Shown here piece after piece: positions 1 to 11,087 of a stretch of DNA of 64,000 nucleotides. This stretch comes from Negaprion brevirostris (lineage: Eukaryota): NCBI GenBank assembly GCA_030324005.1, contig JARDVH010000137.1, forward strand, positions 18,936,011 through 19,000,010. The letters run 5' to 3'. Numbering within the stretch: the first letter of the stretch is position 1; each line of letters opens with the position of its first letter. The notes beneath the pieces were generated by a model, which worked only from the letters and a program-made list of their open reading frames with translations, was not told where the DNA came from and searched no databases. The translations under genes were made by a program, and so were the position numbers.

Positions 1-486
1 GTGTACTTGGTGGATGTCTTCTCACGTGAGATGATGGCATCCGTGTCAATGATCCGGCACGTCTTGCAGAGGTTTCTGTGGCAGGGTTGTGTGGTGTTCT
101 GGCTACTGTTCTCCTGAAGGCTGGGCAGTTGCTGCGGACAATGGTCTGCTTGAGGTTGTGCGGTCATTTGAAGGCAAGAAGTGAGGGCGTGGGGATGGCC
201 TTGATGTAATGTTCATCTTCATCAATGACATGTTGAAGGCTTTGGAGAAGATGTCGTAGCTTCTCCGCTCTGCGGAAGTACTGGACGACGAAGGTGTCCA
301 TCTTCTGTCTACCTTGTCCCATGCTTGTCTTCTGAGAAGGCTGGTGCAGTTTTTCGCTGTGGCACATCGCTCACCTGATGAAGGAGCAGTGCTCTGAAAG
401 CTTGTGGCTTGTGCTACCAAATAACCTGGTGTTGTGAGACTTCTTACTGTGCTTACCCCGGTCCAACACCGGCAGCTCCACATCAC
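1..486 (-). mobile_element. Penelope-like element fragment (post-RT region and Cys-rich linker toward GIY-YIG) joined to an inverted pseudo-LTR (369-486)
   Basis: Minus-strand translation FVVQYFRRAEKLRHLLQSLQHVIDEDEH...LLAFK, then after a stop and frameshift QPCHRNLCKTCRIIDTDAIISRE. 369-486 matches the terminal repeat seen at 5242-6071, 7109, 14080, 28373 and 55230. Confidence 0.75.
372..406 (+). ncRNA. Minimal type I hammerhead ribozyme motif in Penelope pseudo-LTR
   Basis: CAC-CTGATGA-A-GGAGC-AGT-GCTCT-GAAA-GC-TT-GTG: conserved CUGAUGA and GAAA core, helix II, palindromic AGCU helix III, CAC/GTG helix I. Confidence 0.65.
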
Positions 487-1014
487 AATTTCTACAGACA
501 GAATTGAGAGCTGTTGATGCCTCAGTGACCCATCTCTAACTACTATGGCTTCCAGTTAAAACTAAGAACAAAGGAAAGCTTTTTTTTAATGTTACAAGGG
601 CCTCCAGTTGCTAAGCAATCTGTGCATGCCTCTGCTGGCCCATTCATTCTTCATTACATAGTCCTCTCTAAGCACAACAGAAACCTATTTAGAACTTCAC
701 CAATCCCCACATATAAAAACATCTTTGTCCAGCATGAATCTAACTGTAGACACAGGAACATTAAATTAAACCCACTTAAAACTATTCCTTAATTCTAATA
801 TTTACCAAGACAAATATAAACCTCTTAGAACAACCTTTGTTTTCTTAACATCAACAACTACATACAATTACGTAATCAATCTTGGAAACAGCAGAAATAT
901 ATGAGATTTGGGGATCAATTCTGTTGACTAATTTCAGAATTTAAGGATTGAATTTTCCAATCCAGCACAAGCGATCAAGAGACATTGCAACCATCTGAAG
1001 GAAATAACAATTTA

Positions 1015-1760
1015 TATTTATTTTGCACTTTTAACATAATAAACCTCCCTCAGGTACTTCACAGGAGCATTACAGAATAAAGTATGACATGGATCCACAA
1101 AAAAGGGGATATTAGGAGAGTTGAAGAAAAGCTTGAACAAAAAGATCGGTTTTAAGAAGTGTTCTAAAAGAGGAAAGTGAGATAGAGAGGGATAGGGAGG
1201 CTATTCCAGAGTAGGAGGCCTAGGAAACCGAAGGCATGGTCATCAATGTTGGAAATTAAAAATCAGTGATTAATAAGAGGCCAGAAACAGAGGAGAACAG
1301 ATATCTCACAGGGTTGTGGAGGAGGTTACAGAGATAGGAAGGGGCAATGTCATGGGGGGCCTTAAAAACAAGAATCAGAATTTGAAAATCAAGATATTGC
1401 TTGGCCTGGAGTGATAAGGGAATGGAACTGGGCATGTATTAAGACACAGACAGCTGACTTTTAGATGACCTTCAGTTTACATAGGGTAGAACGTGGGAGA
1501 CCAGTCAGTATGTGTAGCAGGAGTCAATCTGGTGATATCAAAGGCATAAATGAAGCTTTTAGCGGTAGATAAGCTAAGACAGGGGTGAAGGTAGTTGCTG
1601 TTACTGAGTGCCTAAAGGCGTTGACACAAACGAGGCTGGAACTCATCTTGAAGTTGTATGTGACACCAAGGTTGTGAACAGTGGCTTAATCCTGAACTGT
1701 TGCTCAATAGAGTGTCCAGAGGAAGACACTGTGATCAACTGCATCAAACCTGCACTTGGA
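1015..1760 (-). mobile_element. Degraded L2-like LINE 3' region
   Basis: Similar text recurs at ~10120-10370 (aagaagtg..ttaaaggagga..gagag..ttccagag). No intact ORF. Confidence 0.4.
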
Positions 1761-2414
1761 TCGAGAGGATAAGGAAGAAACATTTACTAATTCCGTGCAT
1801 TCTATCAATTGCATGCAATTTGGACAGGTGCTCCTGAAAATTGCAGTCAAAGTTTCAGTTTCTTGAGAACAGAACAAAAATATATTAATAGATAAGATTC
1901 ATTTATGAAGCCACATTCTTCACCCTTTGTGATGAATAGCAGCATAAATGTTTTGCATATCTGAAAGACATATCCTCTTCATTTACCTATGTAATTCCAA
2001 AATCTCAGCAATTTAGCCATGGCCATGAGAAATTCTAATGTTCTAGTAATAAAACAGGTAGCTTTTGGGCACACTATGTCTGGAATGTGTTAACTCTCAT
2101 GGACAGCTGTGGAAGGATACTACCAGAAATGTGGGTGATCCAGGTACCAGTCCTTTGGAAGTAAAATATTGCACTTAGGGAAGCGATCAAGATAAACAGA
2201 AATGCTAAAATTTATTCTGAAAAAAAATTGAATCTATTCATATTACCTTAATATATCAAGAAACTTTAACTGTGAAGGTGAAATATAATTATTTCAAATA
2301 TTAACTGGAAATTTAAAGATTAATAATGACTGTAACAGCACTGTTATCACATTTGGCAGTCTACAACCTTCTTTATGATTTCACTAAAATTAGCTTTCAA
2401 TTGCTGTTACTTAC

Positions 2415-2975
2415 AGTAAAATGAAGTCTACCTGCTGTCTCGTATATTACATTCAACTGAAGCATCATTATGTCATCCAGGAACAGTGTCTTCTCAGTGC
2501 GACTTAGTGTAGCTGTATAGCCAGTACTGGTTGGAGAAAGATCATCTATGTTGTAAGAAGGATAATTTAATGGTAAAAAACAAAGTGGGGAAGACGCATT
2601 GGCCATTGGATTCCAGCAGCAGCCACGAGCCCGACATTTCATCATGTCAATCAGCTCATTGAAAGCACAATCAAACCTACTATTAGTATCGATATCACAC
2701 TGAGAGGCCTGGAGTCGATTCTTATTCAATGATAGCTTGCTCAATGTTTTCGAGGTCTCTGTTCTGTTTTTATAATTTGGACATTGCCATAATAGGTCAA
2801 ATTTAGATTTCCCCACATTAACAGATGTAGAAATGATTAGAAACTCTGGTGTCGAATAACTATGGTAAGTGATCGCACCAGCTAGAATAATAGCAAGGAG
2901 GATTGCTCCATATTTAAGAGCAGTAATTGCCTGTACCCTTGGTTTAGCCACAGATGAAAGTCCCATGAACTCCAT
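2415..2975 (-). CDS. GAA: Lysosomal alpha-glucosidase-like, copy 2, first coding exon (human exon 2 equivalent; exon spans 2415-3067)
   Basis: 187 codons with a hydrophobic signal/anchor (YGAILLAIILAGAITY) and trefoil domain (CDIDTNSRFDCA...CRARGCCWNP...PLCFLPLNYPSY). Ends GRLHFT|gtaagt, the same position as GAA exon 2. Polypyrimidine acceptor ctctaccctttag ends at 3068. Confidence 0.9.
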
Positions 2976-3877
2976 TCCTTCACTTCCTGAAGCAAAAGCT
3001 CATTTATTTGCTTCGTAATGTGGTGGAAAAAGCAGATGATCTTGAAGCTGTGGTTTAGTTTGTCCAACTAAAGGGTAGAGGAGAAAAAGTATTGCTTAAA
3101 AAATGGAGGGTATAATTTGTACTACTAATGCATCAAAATGTTAACAAACAAGCCACTTCACATTAAAATGAATGCTTACAGGATATAAGGAGACATAATC
3201 AGACTTGCAAGTGGATGTATACATGACAGATAAAATTCTATATAGCAAATCATGAAGTTGTTGATTTGTTTCTCAGAAAATAAGAAACTCAATAAAGCAA
3301 AGAGANNNNNNNNNATGAAGAAATACAAAGCACTAAAAGTAGCAATGCAGGTAGATAAGGCCGTAAGTTTTTAGGATTCACTTCTCAGGGAATAAAATAC
3401 AGACGTTGTGAGGAAATGTGACATTTATATAGAACTTTGATTAGGCCACAATTGGAACTATTGTACATGCAGTGCTCTAAATAATTAAGATATTATTAAA
3501 GCATTAGGGAAAATGCATAAAAGATTTACAAGGGTGTTATTGTGATGTAGAGTGGTAGCTATCAAGAAAGATTGTGCAAGCTGCAGCTCTTTCCTCTGCA
3601 GAATCTTTAAACTCATCAAGAGGTTTCTAACATGGGGAAAATCCACTGTCATTTGTGGGCCTGTCTAAGTTGGAGAGTGTAAATTTATGACAGCTACTAA
3701 CTAACCAAAGTTAGGAAGAATATCTGCAGAGAGTGATGAGAAATGTAGAACTTGCTGTCATGTTGGAAGCGTTGAAATAGTGTTGATGTACTTACGTGGT
3801 AGCTTGAAGTGTACATGAAGAAAGGAAGAGAGAGAAAAATGTGTAACCTGGGAAAAGGTAAGTAGGTGAGAGAAACT

Positions 3878-4138
3878 AAGAGAAAAAATGCTGGAAAATC
3901 TCAGCAGGTCTGGTAGCTTCTGTAAGGAGAAAAGAGCTGATGTTGAGTCCACATGACCCTTTGTCAAAGCTACTGCTTTGACAAAGCTTCTATAGTGTGA
4001 TCAAAGCTATAGCTTTGACAAAGGGTCATCTGAACTCAAAACATCAACTCATTTTTCTCCTTACAGATGCTGCCGGACCTGCTGAGATTTTCCAGCATTT
4101 TCTCTTTTGATTTCAGATTTCAGCATCCGCAGTAATTT
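3878..4138. repeat. Fold-back (inverted) pair of a second Penelope-type terminal repeat family
   Basis: 3878-3971 is the reverse complement of ~4011-4108. The family recurs at ~5120-5240/6071-6110, 50250-50370 and 53400-53490. Confidence 0.7.
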
Positions 4139-5241
4139 TATGTAGAGTGAGGGAACATTGGCTGAGTGTGGACACCCGCACAGCCCAAATGAGCCAAATG
4201 GCCTGCTTCTGTGATGTGGATTTTATGTAATCTACAGTGTGGTCAATTTTCTTCAGATGCAATTTTACAATATAAAATAAGTGCAATCTTACAATTATTG
4301 TAATATTTTGAACAGATCATCAACTTCTCATTAAAGTTACATGTATTTCACCACAGACTCTTACTTGCCACTTCCTAAATCACTCACTTTCGTATCACCT
4401 CCACATAAGAAGCTTTGGATTCAAATCCCACCAGTGACCTAAGCAGATAATCCATATTGATGCTGCAGAATTTAAGAAATGCTACATTATCAGACCCTCT
4501 TTTGGTCTAGATGTTAAATTGAAGGAACTCTGTTTGCTGAAATAACATGTAAAAGATCCCACGGCACCAAGAGGGACAGGTAGTTTCCCTTGGTACCTTT
4601 ACCAACACTTTGCCAACTACTACTACTATCAGAAAAAGAATATCATTGTTTATTGATTTGCTGTTTGTGGGATCTTGTGGTGTATAAAGGTTCTGATCCA
4701 CAGCTTGCCTATCAATAACATTTCAAAAGAATGCTGGGACATTCCTACAATCTCAATTTAAATGTCAGTCTTTTTGCTTAATTTTGAAGGATTGTGTTGG
4801 CACATTTAATTTTCTTTGCATCTTCCTTATGTTGCGTTCACTTATGTCTGTACAGGCACCCACGCTGAACCCAGTTGTCTACTGCATAGTATGCAGCCTT
4901 TCTGCTCCAAATTCAGGTCAAATGGTTTTGCTAACATCTACTTCAGGATGACACATAATAAAGTGCCCATTTGGTGAGGTTCTGTAAAGTTACTGAACTT
5001 AAGGGCAGAGGTATGTCCCAACACAAGGGTTTAAAATTAGGTTTTTAAAAATACAAGAGACATACATGGGAGAAAATTTACCAAATTTAGTTTGCCAGCA
5101 TGCCAGTCAATTGCATAAGGGCAAATTACTGCACGTGCTGGAATCTGAAACAAAAACCGAAAATGCTGGAAAACTCAACAGATCTGATAGCATCTGTGGA
5201 GAAGTCATGCAGACGTGAAACATTGACTCTTTCCTCTCTCC

Positions 5242-6071
5242 ATGATGTGGAGATGCGGATATTGGATTGGGGTGAACACAGTAAGAAGTCTCACAACACC
5301 AGGTTAAAGTCCAGCAGGTTTATTTGGTAGCACAAGCCACTAGCTTTCGGAGCACTGCCCCCTTCATGAGTTGAGTGGGGGTTCTGTTCACAAACTGGGT
5401 GTATAAAGACACAAATTCAATTTGTAGAATAATGAATTAGTTTGTAAATTGAGTTTGTGTCTTTATATGCCCTGTTNNNNNNNNNNNNNNNNNNNNNNNN
5501 NNNNNNNNNNNNNNNNNNNNNNNNNNNNNNNNNNNNNNNNNNNNNNNNNNNNNNNNNNNNNNNNNNNNNNNNNNNNTATAAAGACAAAACTCAATTTACA
5601 AAATAATGGTTGGAATGTAAGTCTTTACAGGTAATCAAGTCTTAAAAATACAGACAATGTGAGTGGAGAGAGGATTAAGCACAGGTTAAAGACATGTGCG
5701 TTGTCTCCAGCCAGGACAGTTGGTGAGATTTTTCTGACTCATTAAGGCTTCAACCAGGATCTTGGGTTCATGTCATACTACCTGTAACTCCCACTACTTG
5801 CCTGGGCTTGCAAAATCTCTAACTGTCCTGGCTGAAGATAATACACATGCTTAACCTGCCCTCCACTCACATTGTCTGTACTTTAAGACTTAATCATGTG
5901 TAAAGACTCACACTCCAACCTTTATTTTGTAAATTGAGTTTGTCTTTATAAGCCTGGTTTGTGAACAGAACTCCCACTCATCTGATGAAGGAGCAGTGCT
6001 CTGAAAGCTAGTGGCTTGTGCTACCAAATAAACCTGTTGGATTTTAACCTGGTGTTGTGAGACTTCTTACT
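5242..6071. mobile_element. Penelope-like element remnant with inverted pseudo-LTRs, nested in an older repeat
   Basis: 5279-5430 is inverted against ~5920-6071, with an inner inverted pair ~5577-5735/5810-5950. Flanking near-duplication tct(t/a)t(c/t)ctctctcca at 5228-5242 and 6071-6085. Confidence 0.75.
5979..6013 (+). ncRNA. Minimal hammerhead ribozyme motif in Penelope pseudo-LTR
   Basis: CAT-CTGATGA-A-GGAGC-AGT-GCTCT-GAAA-GC-TA-GTG with intact core. The inverted partner at 5338-5372 (minus) has CUCAUGA, a core mutation. Confidence 0.65.
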
Positions 6072-6589
6072 CTATTCTCTCTCCACAGATGCTGTCAATC
6101 TGTGGAGTTTTCTGTCTGTCAATTGCCATTGCTTTTGTTTGTTCCCTACTGCTCTCACCCACCCCAGATCAACGGGACTATAAAGTCTCTTCTGATTCCT
6201 GTTGCTGGGAAGCACCTCATAATCACCTGATTGGTCCACAACATTAAGTACCTTCAAAATTAAAATCCATCAGTTTGAAACAAGAAATGATAGCGCTTAC
6301 CCTCTCAAAAACTAAACGCTGAGATAAGATTCTTGTTAGTGGAATTAAAGGTTATGGGTTCAAAGGAGTCAGGTATCGNNNNNNNNNNCTGGAGGGGCTG
6401 AATGGCCTCCTCCTGCTCGCCCCCGTGTAGTCTCGGTGCTGCTGATTCTGGGGTTTGGTAAAAATGGAAACTACTGCAGGTCTGTCCCCATCTGTGGAAC
6501 TGCACCCACTCCAATCTTTTGCAGCTATTCCGGGACACAGTGACCCCTCGTCCCCTTGAAAACATTAAAACAGGAACAAGTTCCGAGTC

Positions 6590-6890
6590 ATTTCACGTGT
6601 GCAAAGGAGAGAAGCCAATCCTAATTGGCAACCAGGCATAAAATAAATAATTAGTCACCAAAACCTAAATAATATGGCGGCTATAGCCTCCCTCAGGTCC
6701 GTTTCACAACCCCGGGGGCCGGGGGGGGGGGGGGTGGTAAGCGACTCCCCCTCTCCACTCCCAGCATTGACGCTCCGAACTCAAAACCCCCCTCCCCAGA
6801 CAGTGGTATGGTCCAGCACCAGGCCTGCTGCGGCCCGGGTTGTTGTTGTTTCTTAGCAACAGGGAAGATGGCGGATGAGGACAGGTAACT
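6590..6890. promoter_or_regulatory. GC/CpG-rich putative bidirectional promoter for GAA copy 2 (minus) and a plus-strand gene remnant
   Basis: Most CpG-dense non-repeat patch of the window. TCACGTG E-box 6593-6599, CCAAT/ATTGG ~6613-6628, ATGGCGG motifs at 6674 and 6868, RFX-like GTTTCTTAGCAAC 6848-6860. Confidence 0.6.
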
Positions 6891-7108
6891 GGACATGAGC
6901 ATTCCCAATCTGTACACAACGCTTTCCTCTCACATATATAAATAAATGTCATTGTAATTTCACTGCTTGCCAAATCAGAGATTTCAGAATTATTTCGGGA
7001 TTTTATTTCATATTTGTCTTCACATTCCCAGACCCGTCAAAACTCAGTATCATTTGACAATGTCTGATGTCTGTTTTAACTTGAGTCAACACTGGCATAT
7101 CAAAATCA

Positions 7109-7258
7109 TGATGTGGAGATGTCGGTATTGGACAGGGGTGGGCAAGATGTGAGGTCACACGACACCAGGCTATAGTCCAACCTGATGAAGGAGCAGCATT
7201 CCTCAAAAGCTTGTGTTTTCAAATAAACCTGTTGGACTATAACTTGGTATTGTGACCT
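7109..7258. mobile_element. Short fold-back Penelope pseudo-LTR remnant with degenerate hammerhead core
   Basis: atgtggagatgtcggtattggac..cacgacaccaggctatagtccaac-ctgatgaaggagcag..caaaagcttgtg..gttggactataacttggtattgtgac. Confidence 0.65.
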
Positions 7259-7929
7259 CTCATATAAAAATCAGGTGCTTCCTATAATAGGTGACCTATC
7301 GGCAACACCAGNNNNNNNNNNNNNNNNNNNNNNNNNNNNNNNNNNNNNNNNNNNNNNNNNNNNNNNNNNNNNNNNNNNNNNNNNNNNNNNNNNNNNNNNN
7401 NNNNNNNNNNNGTTTCAACCCAGACAGTAATTAAAAGTTTACCTGAACATAACTTTACAGAAGAGATGAAAACAATATTCCCCCAGCGAGCACAGCAGAG
7501 GTGATTCACCAATCGGATGGTGAGACGAATCATGGTTGTGTGTACTGAGGATATGTAACTGGAGTGAAATTAATCAGAGTGCAGCCTCCAATAAATTAAT
7601 GTAGAAAGAGCTGGATGATGAATGAGTAAAAGATTAATATGAAAAAGGAGAACACTGACTGAGAAGGCATTCCCAAGATAATGAAATCTTTCACATACTG
7701 TATCTTTTGGAGTTATTTCAGAACAAACCTGACCGCCATGGTGTGATGATAAATTATTTAGAATGCAGAATGCCAGACACTTTGAAACCTTTGGGACTTG
7801 TCCCAGAACAATGACAATACCTCAACAAAATATTTAAGAATGAAGTCCAGGAGTTTTATAACACTTTTTGAATGAAACCAAGATGAAGAGCCAAGGTACC
7901 GTAGGTAGGATACCACCAACAATGAAAAG

Positions 7930-8203
7930 AGATCAGGCAGAAAGATACAAAAGTCTGAGAACACATACCAACTGACTCAACTACAGCTTCTTCCCTGCTG
8001 CCATTAGACTTTTGAATGGTCCTACCATATATTAAGCTGATCTTTCTCTTCACCCAATCTGTAACTGCAGCATTACATCCTACATCCTATCCTTCTCCCC
8101 GACATACTCTACGAATGGTATGTTTTGCCTCTACAGCACTCAAGAAACAATACTTTTCAGTGCATCCCAATACATCTGACAATAATAAATAAAATCAAAT
8201 AAA
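7930..8203 (+). mobile_element. Rex1/Babar-type LINE 3' end
   Basis: Matches the 3' end of the 26814-29650 LINE and ends in an aataataaat..atcaaat tail. Similar pieces at ~44893-45095 and ~47900-48031. Confidence 0.65.
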
Positions 8204-11087
8204 TCTTTTTATATTATGTCTGGCCTTTTGTTCCAAGGTGGTATATTAATCAAGGAGTTCCAACCCAGAAGGAATAAGTAAGCAGTTTGTCATGGTCATC
8301 TAATCTCTGAAATAAGATTAGAACCTTTAATCACTCTCAGTCCTTAGTTATTGTTAGTAACTTATTTAGGACAGAATTTATGCTGTTTTTGTGACAATAG
8401 CAATTTTTATTGTGAATGTTTCCTGTTAGCACACTCCACATCTGAGATGCATAATGATTATCGATTGTGCCATTTTTTTGCAGACTTAATACTAATTTTT
8501 AGAAAAATCTATATAAATGATGGACTCAGAAGAGAAATAATTCCACTGAATTGCATTATGTGGGAAGAATATCTTTCCAGTTGCTCTTTTGCCAGCTGTG
8601 AAATCATGAAATTTTGCTCTAACAATATCATGAATAATAACGGAGACTGTGGATTGCCCTTCTCATTAAAAGAAAACACTTGGTAATGCCATATCAAGGG
8701 AGGGGGCTTCCGAACAAGATCTCTGCCTGTCTTTAACCAGCAGCGGCACTGTATAAAACATTTGAGGGATAATAATTGTACATTCAAAAACCTTTTAAAC
8801 AGGTCAATTATGGGAAAATTAACAAAATGCACAGATCTTAATAGTCTGCAGAGAAAACACATTTCCCTCATGATGTTAGCAGGCAGAGCACTTCATGTAG
8901 AAACTTGAGAAATCTCCATTTTTAGCTTTTGTCAGCTGTTTGATAAGTACATGCTCACTTAAATGAAAAAGCAATTTACCCTTTAAATGTTTTTTCATTA
9001 ACATGGCTTCTGATGAAGTGCTTCTAGGAACTCTGAAAAACCACCTTTCAAAGCTATTGGAGAAGCCAATCCTGGAGCTCAGGGAATAAATAAGTGCAGT
9101 AAAAAGCGCTTTTAATGCAACACATGTAATCAAATAATGTAAATTTTAGTGCAGTGATTTAGCATTCAGCAACATTTGAATTTCAGGTCTCCAACAATAT
9201 TAGTTATGTACAAACAGCAGTAATGGAAACTTATTCATCAGAAAATTGTTTGTTAGATATAACTCTTGACTACAGATTTTTTGGCTTGCCTATTATCTGC
9301 AATCCAAACACTAAGCATTTTCCACATAGAGGAAGTATTAGCAAGCATGACTTCCAAAACTGAAAAAAAACTATTAAAAATTAATTATATATTTTATATT
9401 GGTTTTAAATGGGCATATCTCTTTTTAGCATTGCATTATGCAATTATTTTCAACTTCAACAGAATTCCGTTTCCTTTAGTAACCATGCTGTGTTTACCAT
9501 TGTGCCCACAGTGTTTAAGTGATGAAGGGAAGCTACATTTCCATAAACACTAATTCTGTGCTCCAAAACGTTTTCTATACAGATTAAAACAAATTCAAGT
9601 TAGTAATTAGTGACCATGCTGTTTTGTCTCTAATACTTGGAGAATGAAAAAGCACACATGGACCCTAGTTGCTTGGTGGGGTTTTGACACAGGAGTGATT
9701 CTTTACAACAGTCTCTTGCCCAGATTCAAGTGGAATTTGAAAAATACCTTTGCTCATGAGTTTCTGCAAAGAAAAAACGGATTATTTGGCAGGTATAAGT
9801 AATCTTTATCAAATGTCATAAGCCAGAACAAATAGGGAGCACGAAACAGTCAGGTTAATGGTTTATTTAATCATTTTCTACAGTTACATAAAACAAAACT
9901 CTCATTGAAATCAGTGGCTTACCGGTTAAAGAAGTTTCCCTGCAAGATGTTTAGATGTATTTGTTTTTGCCGTATATGTAGAAATGCAAATGATGAGACA
10001 GACTCCTGATATTTGTTTCACATGCCATGCTGGATTCAAATTAAGCAAATACAAATAATTGGACCAGTTCTAGCTAGTTCTCTTCTGCATGATGCAATTG
10101 AAATGAAGGAAACACTTCTATTTCATACACAGTGACACTTTCAATAATTGGCATGTAAGCAGAGAAGAACATTCCAAGATAATTTACAGACATAATCAGG
10201 CAAAAATGAAGCCAAGATGCAGATTGAAATATTAGGGTAGGTAACTAAAAACCTTGTTAAAAAAGTTAGTTTTAGAGAATGCCTTGAAGGAGAAGAGAGA
10301 AGTAGAAGGGCAGAAACATTCAAGGAGGGAATTCCAGAGCAGGATAACCCAGCCAGTGGGATGAAGGAAACTGGGATATAGCATTACCATTAATAGTTTT
10401 GAGCTTGAACATTATGATGGTTGATCAAGCCTCACTGAATTCTGATAAAGCTCCACCAGCACGCACTCTTCATACACTTAATCATATCATGTTTCAGCAT
10501 TACCTAATTCTCCATTCATGTTCTTTATCAATAACTTAACATGTACACACCTGATTTATCCTTTAATCGATCCTTAGCTGATAAACAGTTATATAAATTC
10601 ATTAAATATTGAAGGCCTTATTACTTCCTGTCTGTGTGGGATGCAACCTTTCCACCATCCAAGGCCTTATAAGAACATAAGAAATAGGAGCAGGAGTAGG
10701 CCATCTAGCCCTTTGAGCCTGCCCCGCCATTCAATAAGATTATGNNNNNNNNNNNNNNNNNNNNNNNNNNNNNNNNNNNNNNNNNNNNNNNNNNNNNNNN
10801 NNNNNNNNNNNNNNNNNNNNNNNNNNNNNNNNNNNNNNNNNNNNCCATCCGGTCCTGGGGACTTGTCCACAATCAGTCCCTCCAGTCTGTCGAGCACCGC
10901 CTCTCTAGTAACAATAATGTATCCCTCTGTCAGATATAGCCTACCAAGCTTGCTTTTGCATGCAGCTGTTTATGCCTGACCAATATGGCACTTTGCAGTC
11001 ATCTAATCATTGAAATGTCACAGATCTCCTGGGTCCCCTTGCGAAGTTAAAAGATAAATAGTTGTATTGTTACATACCACCCACCTG

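Noticed and set aside
6674-6856. 60-aa ORF MAAIASLRSV..
   Set aside because: GC-rich promoter sequence with a poly-G run and no recognisable homology, though a donor near 6737 could mark an alternative first exon
6868-7519. Naming the plus-strand remnant CCDC40 (ciliary neighbour of human GAA)
   Set aside because: The X-box and short acidic first exon are suggestive, but no recognisable CCDC40 coiled-coil sequence follows, so it is left unnamed
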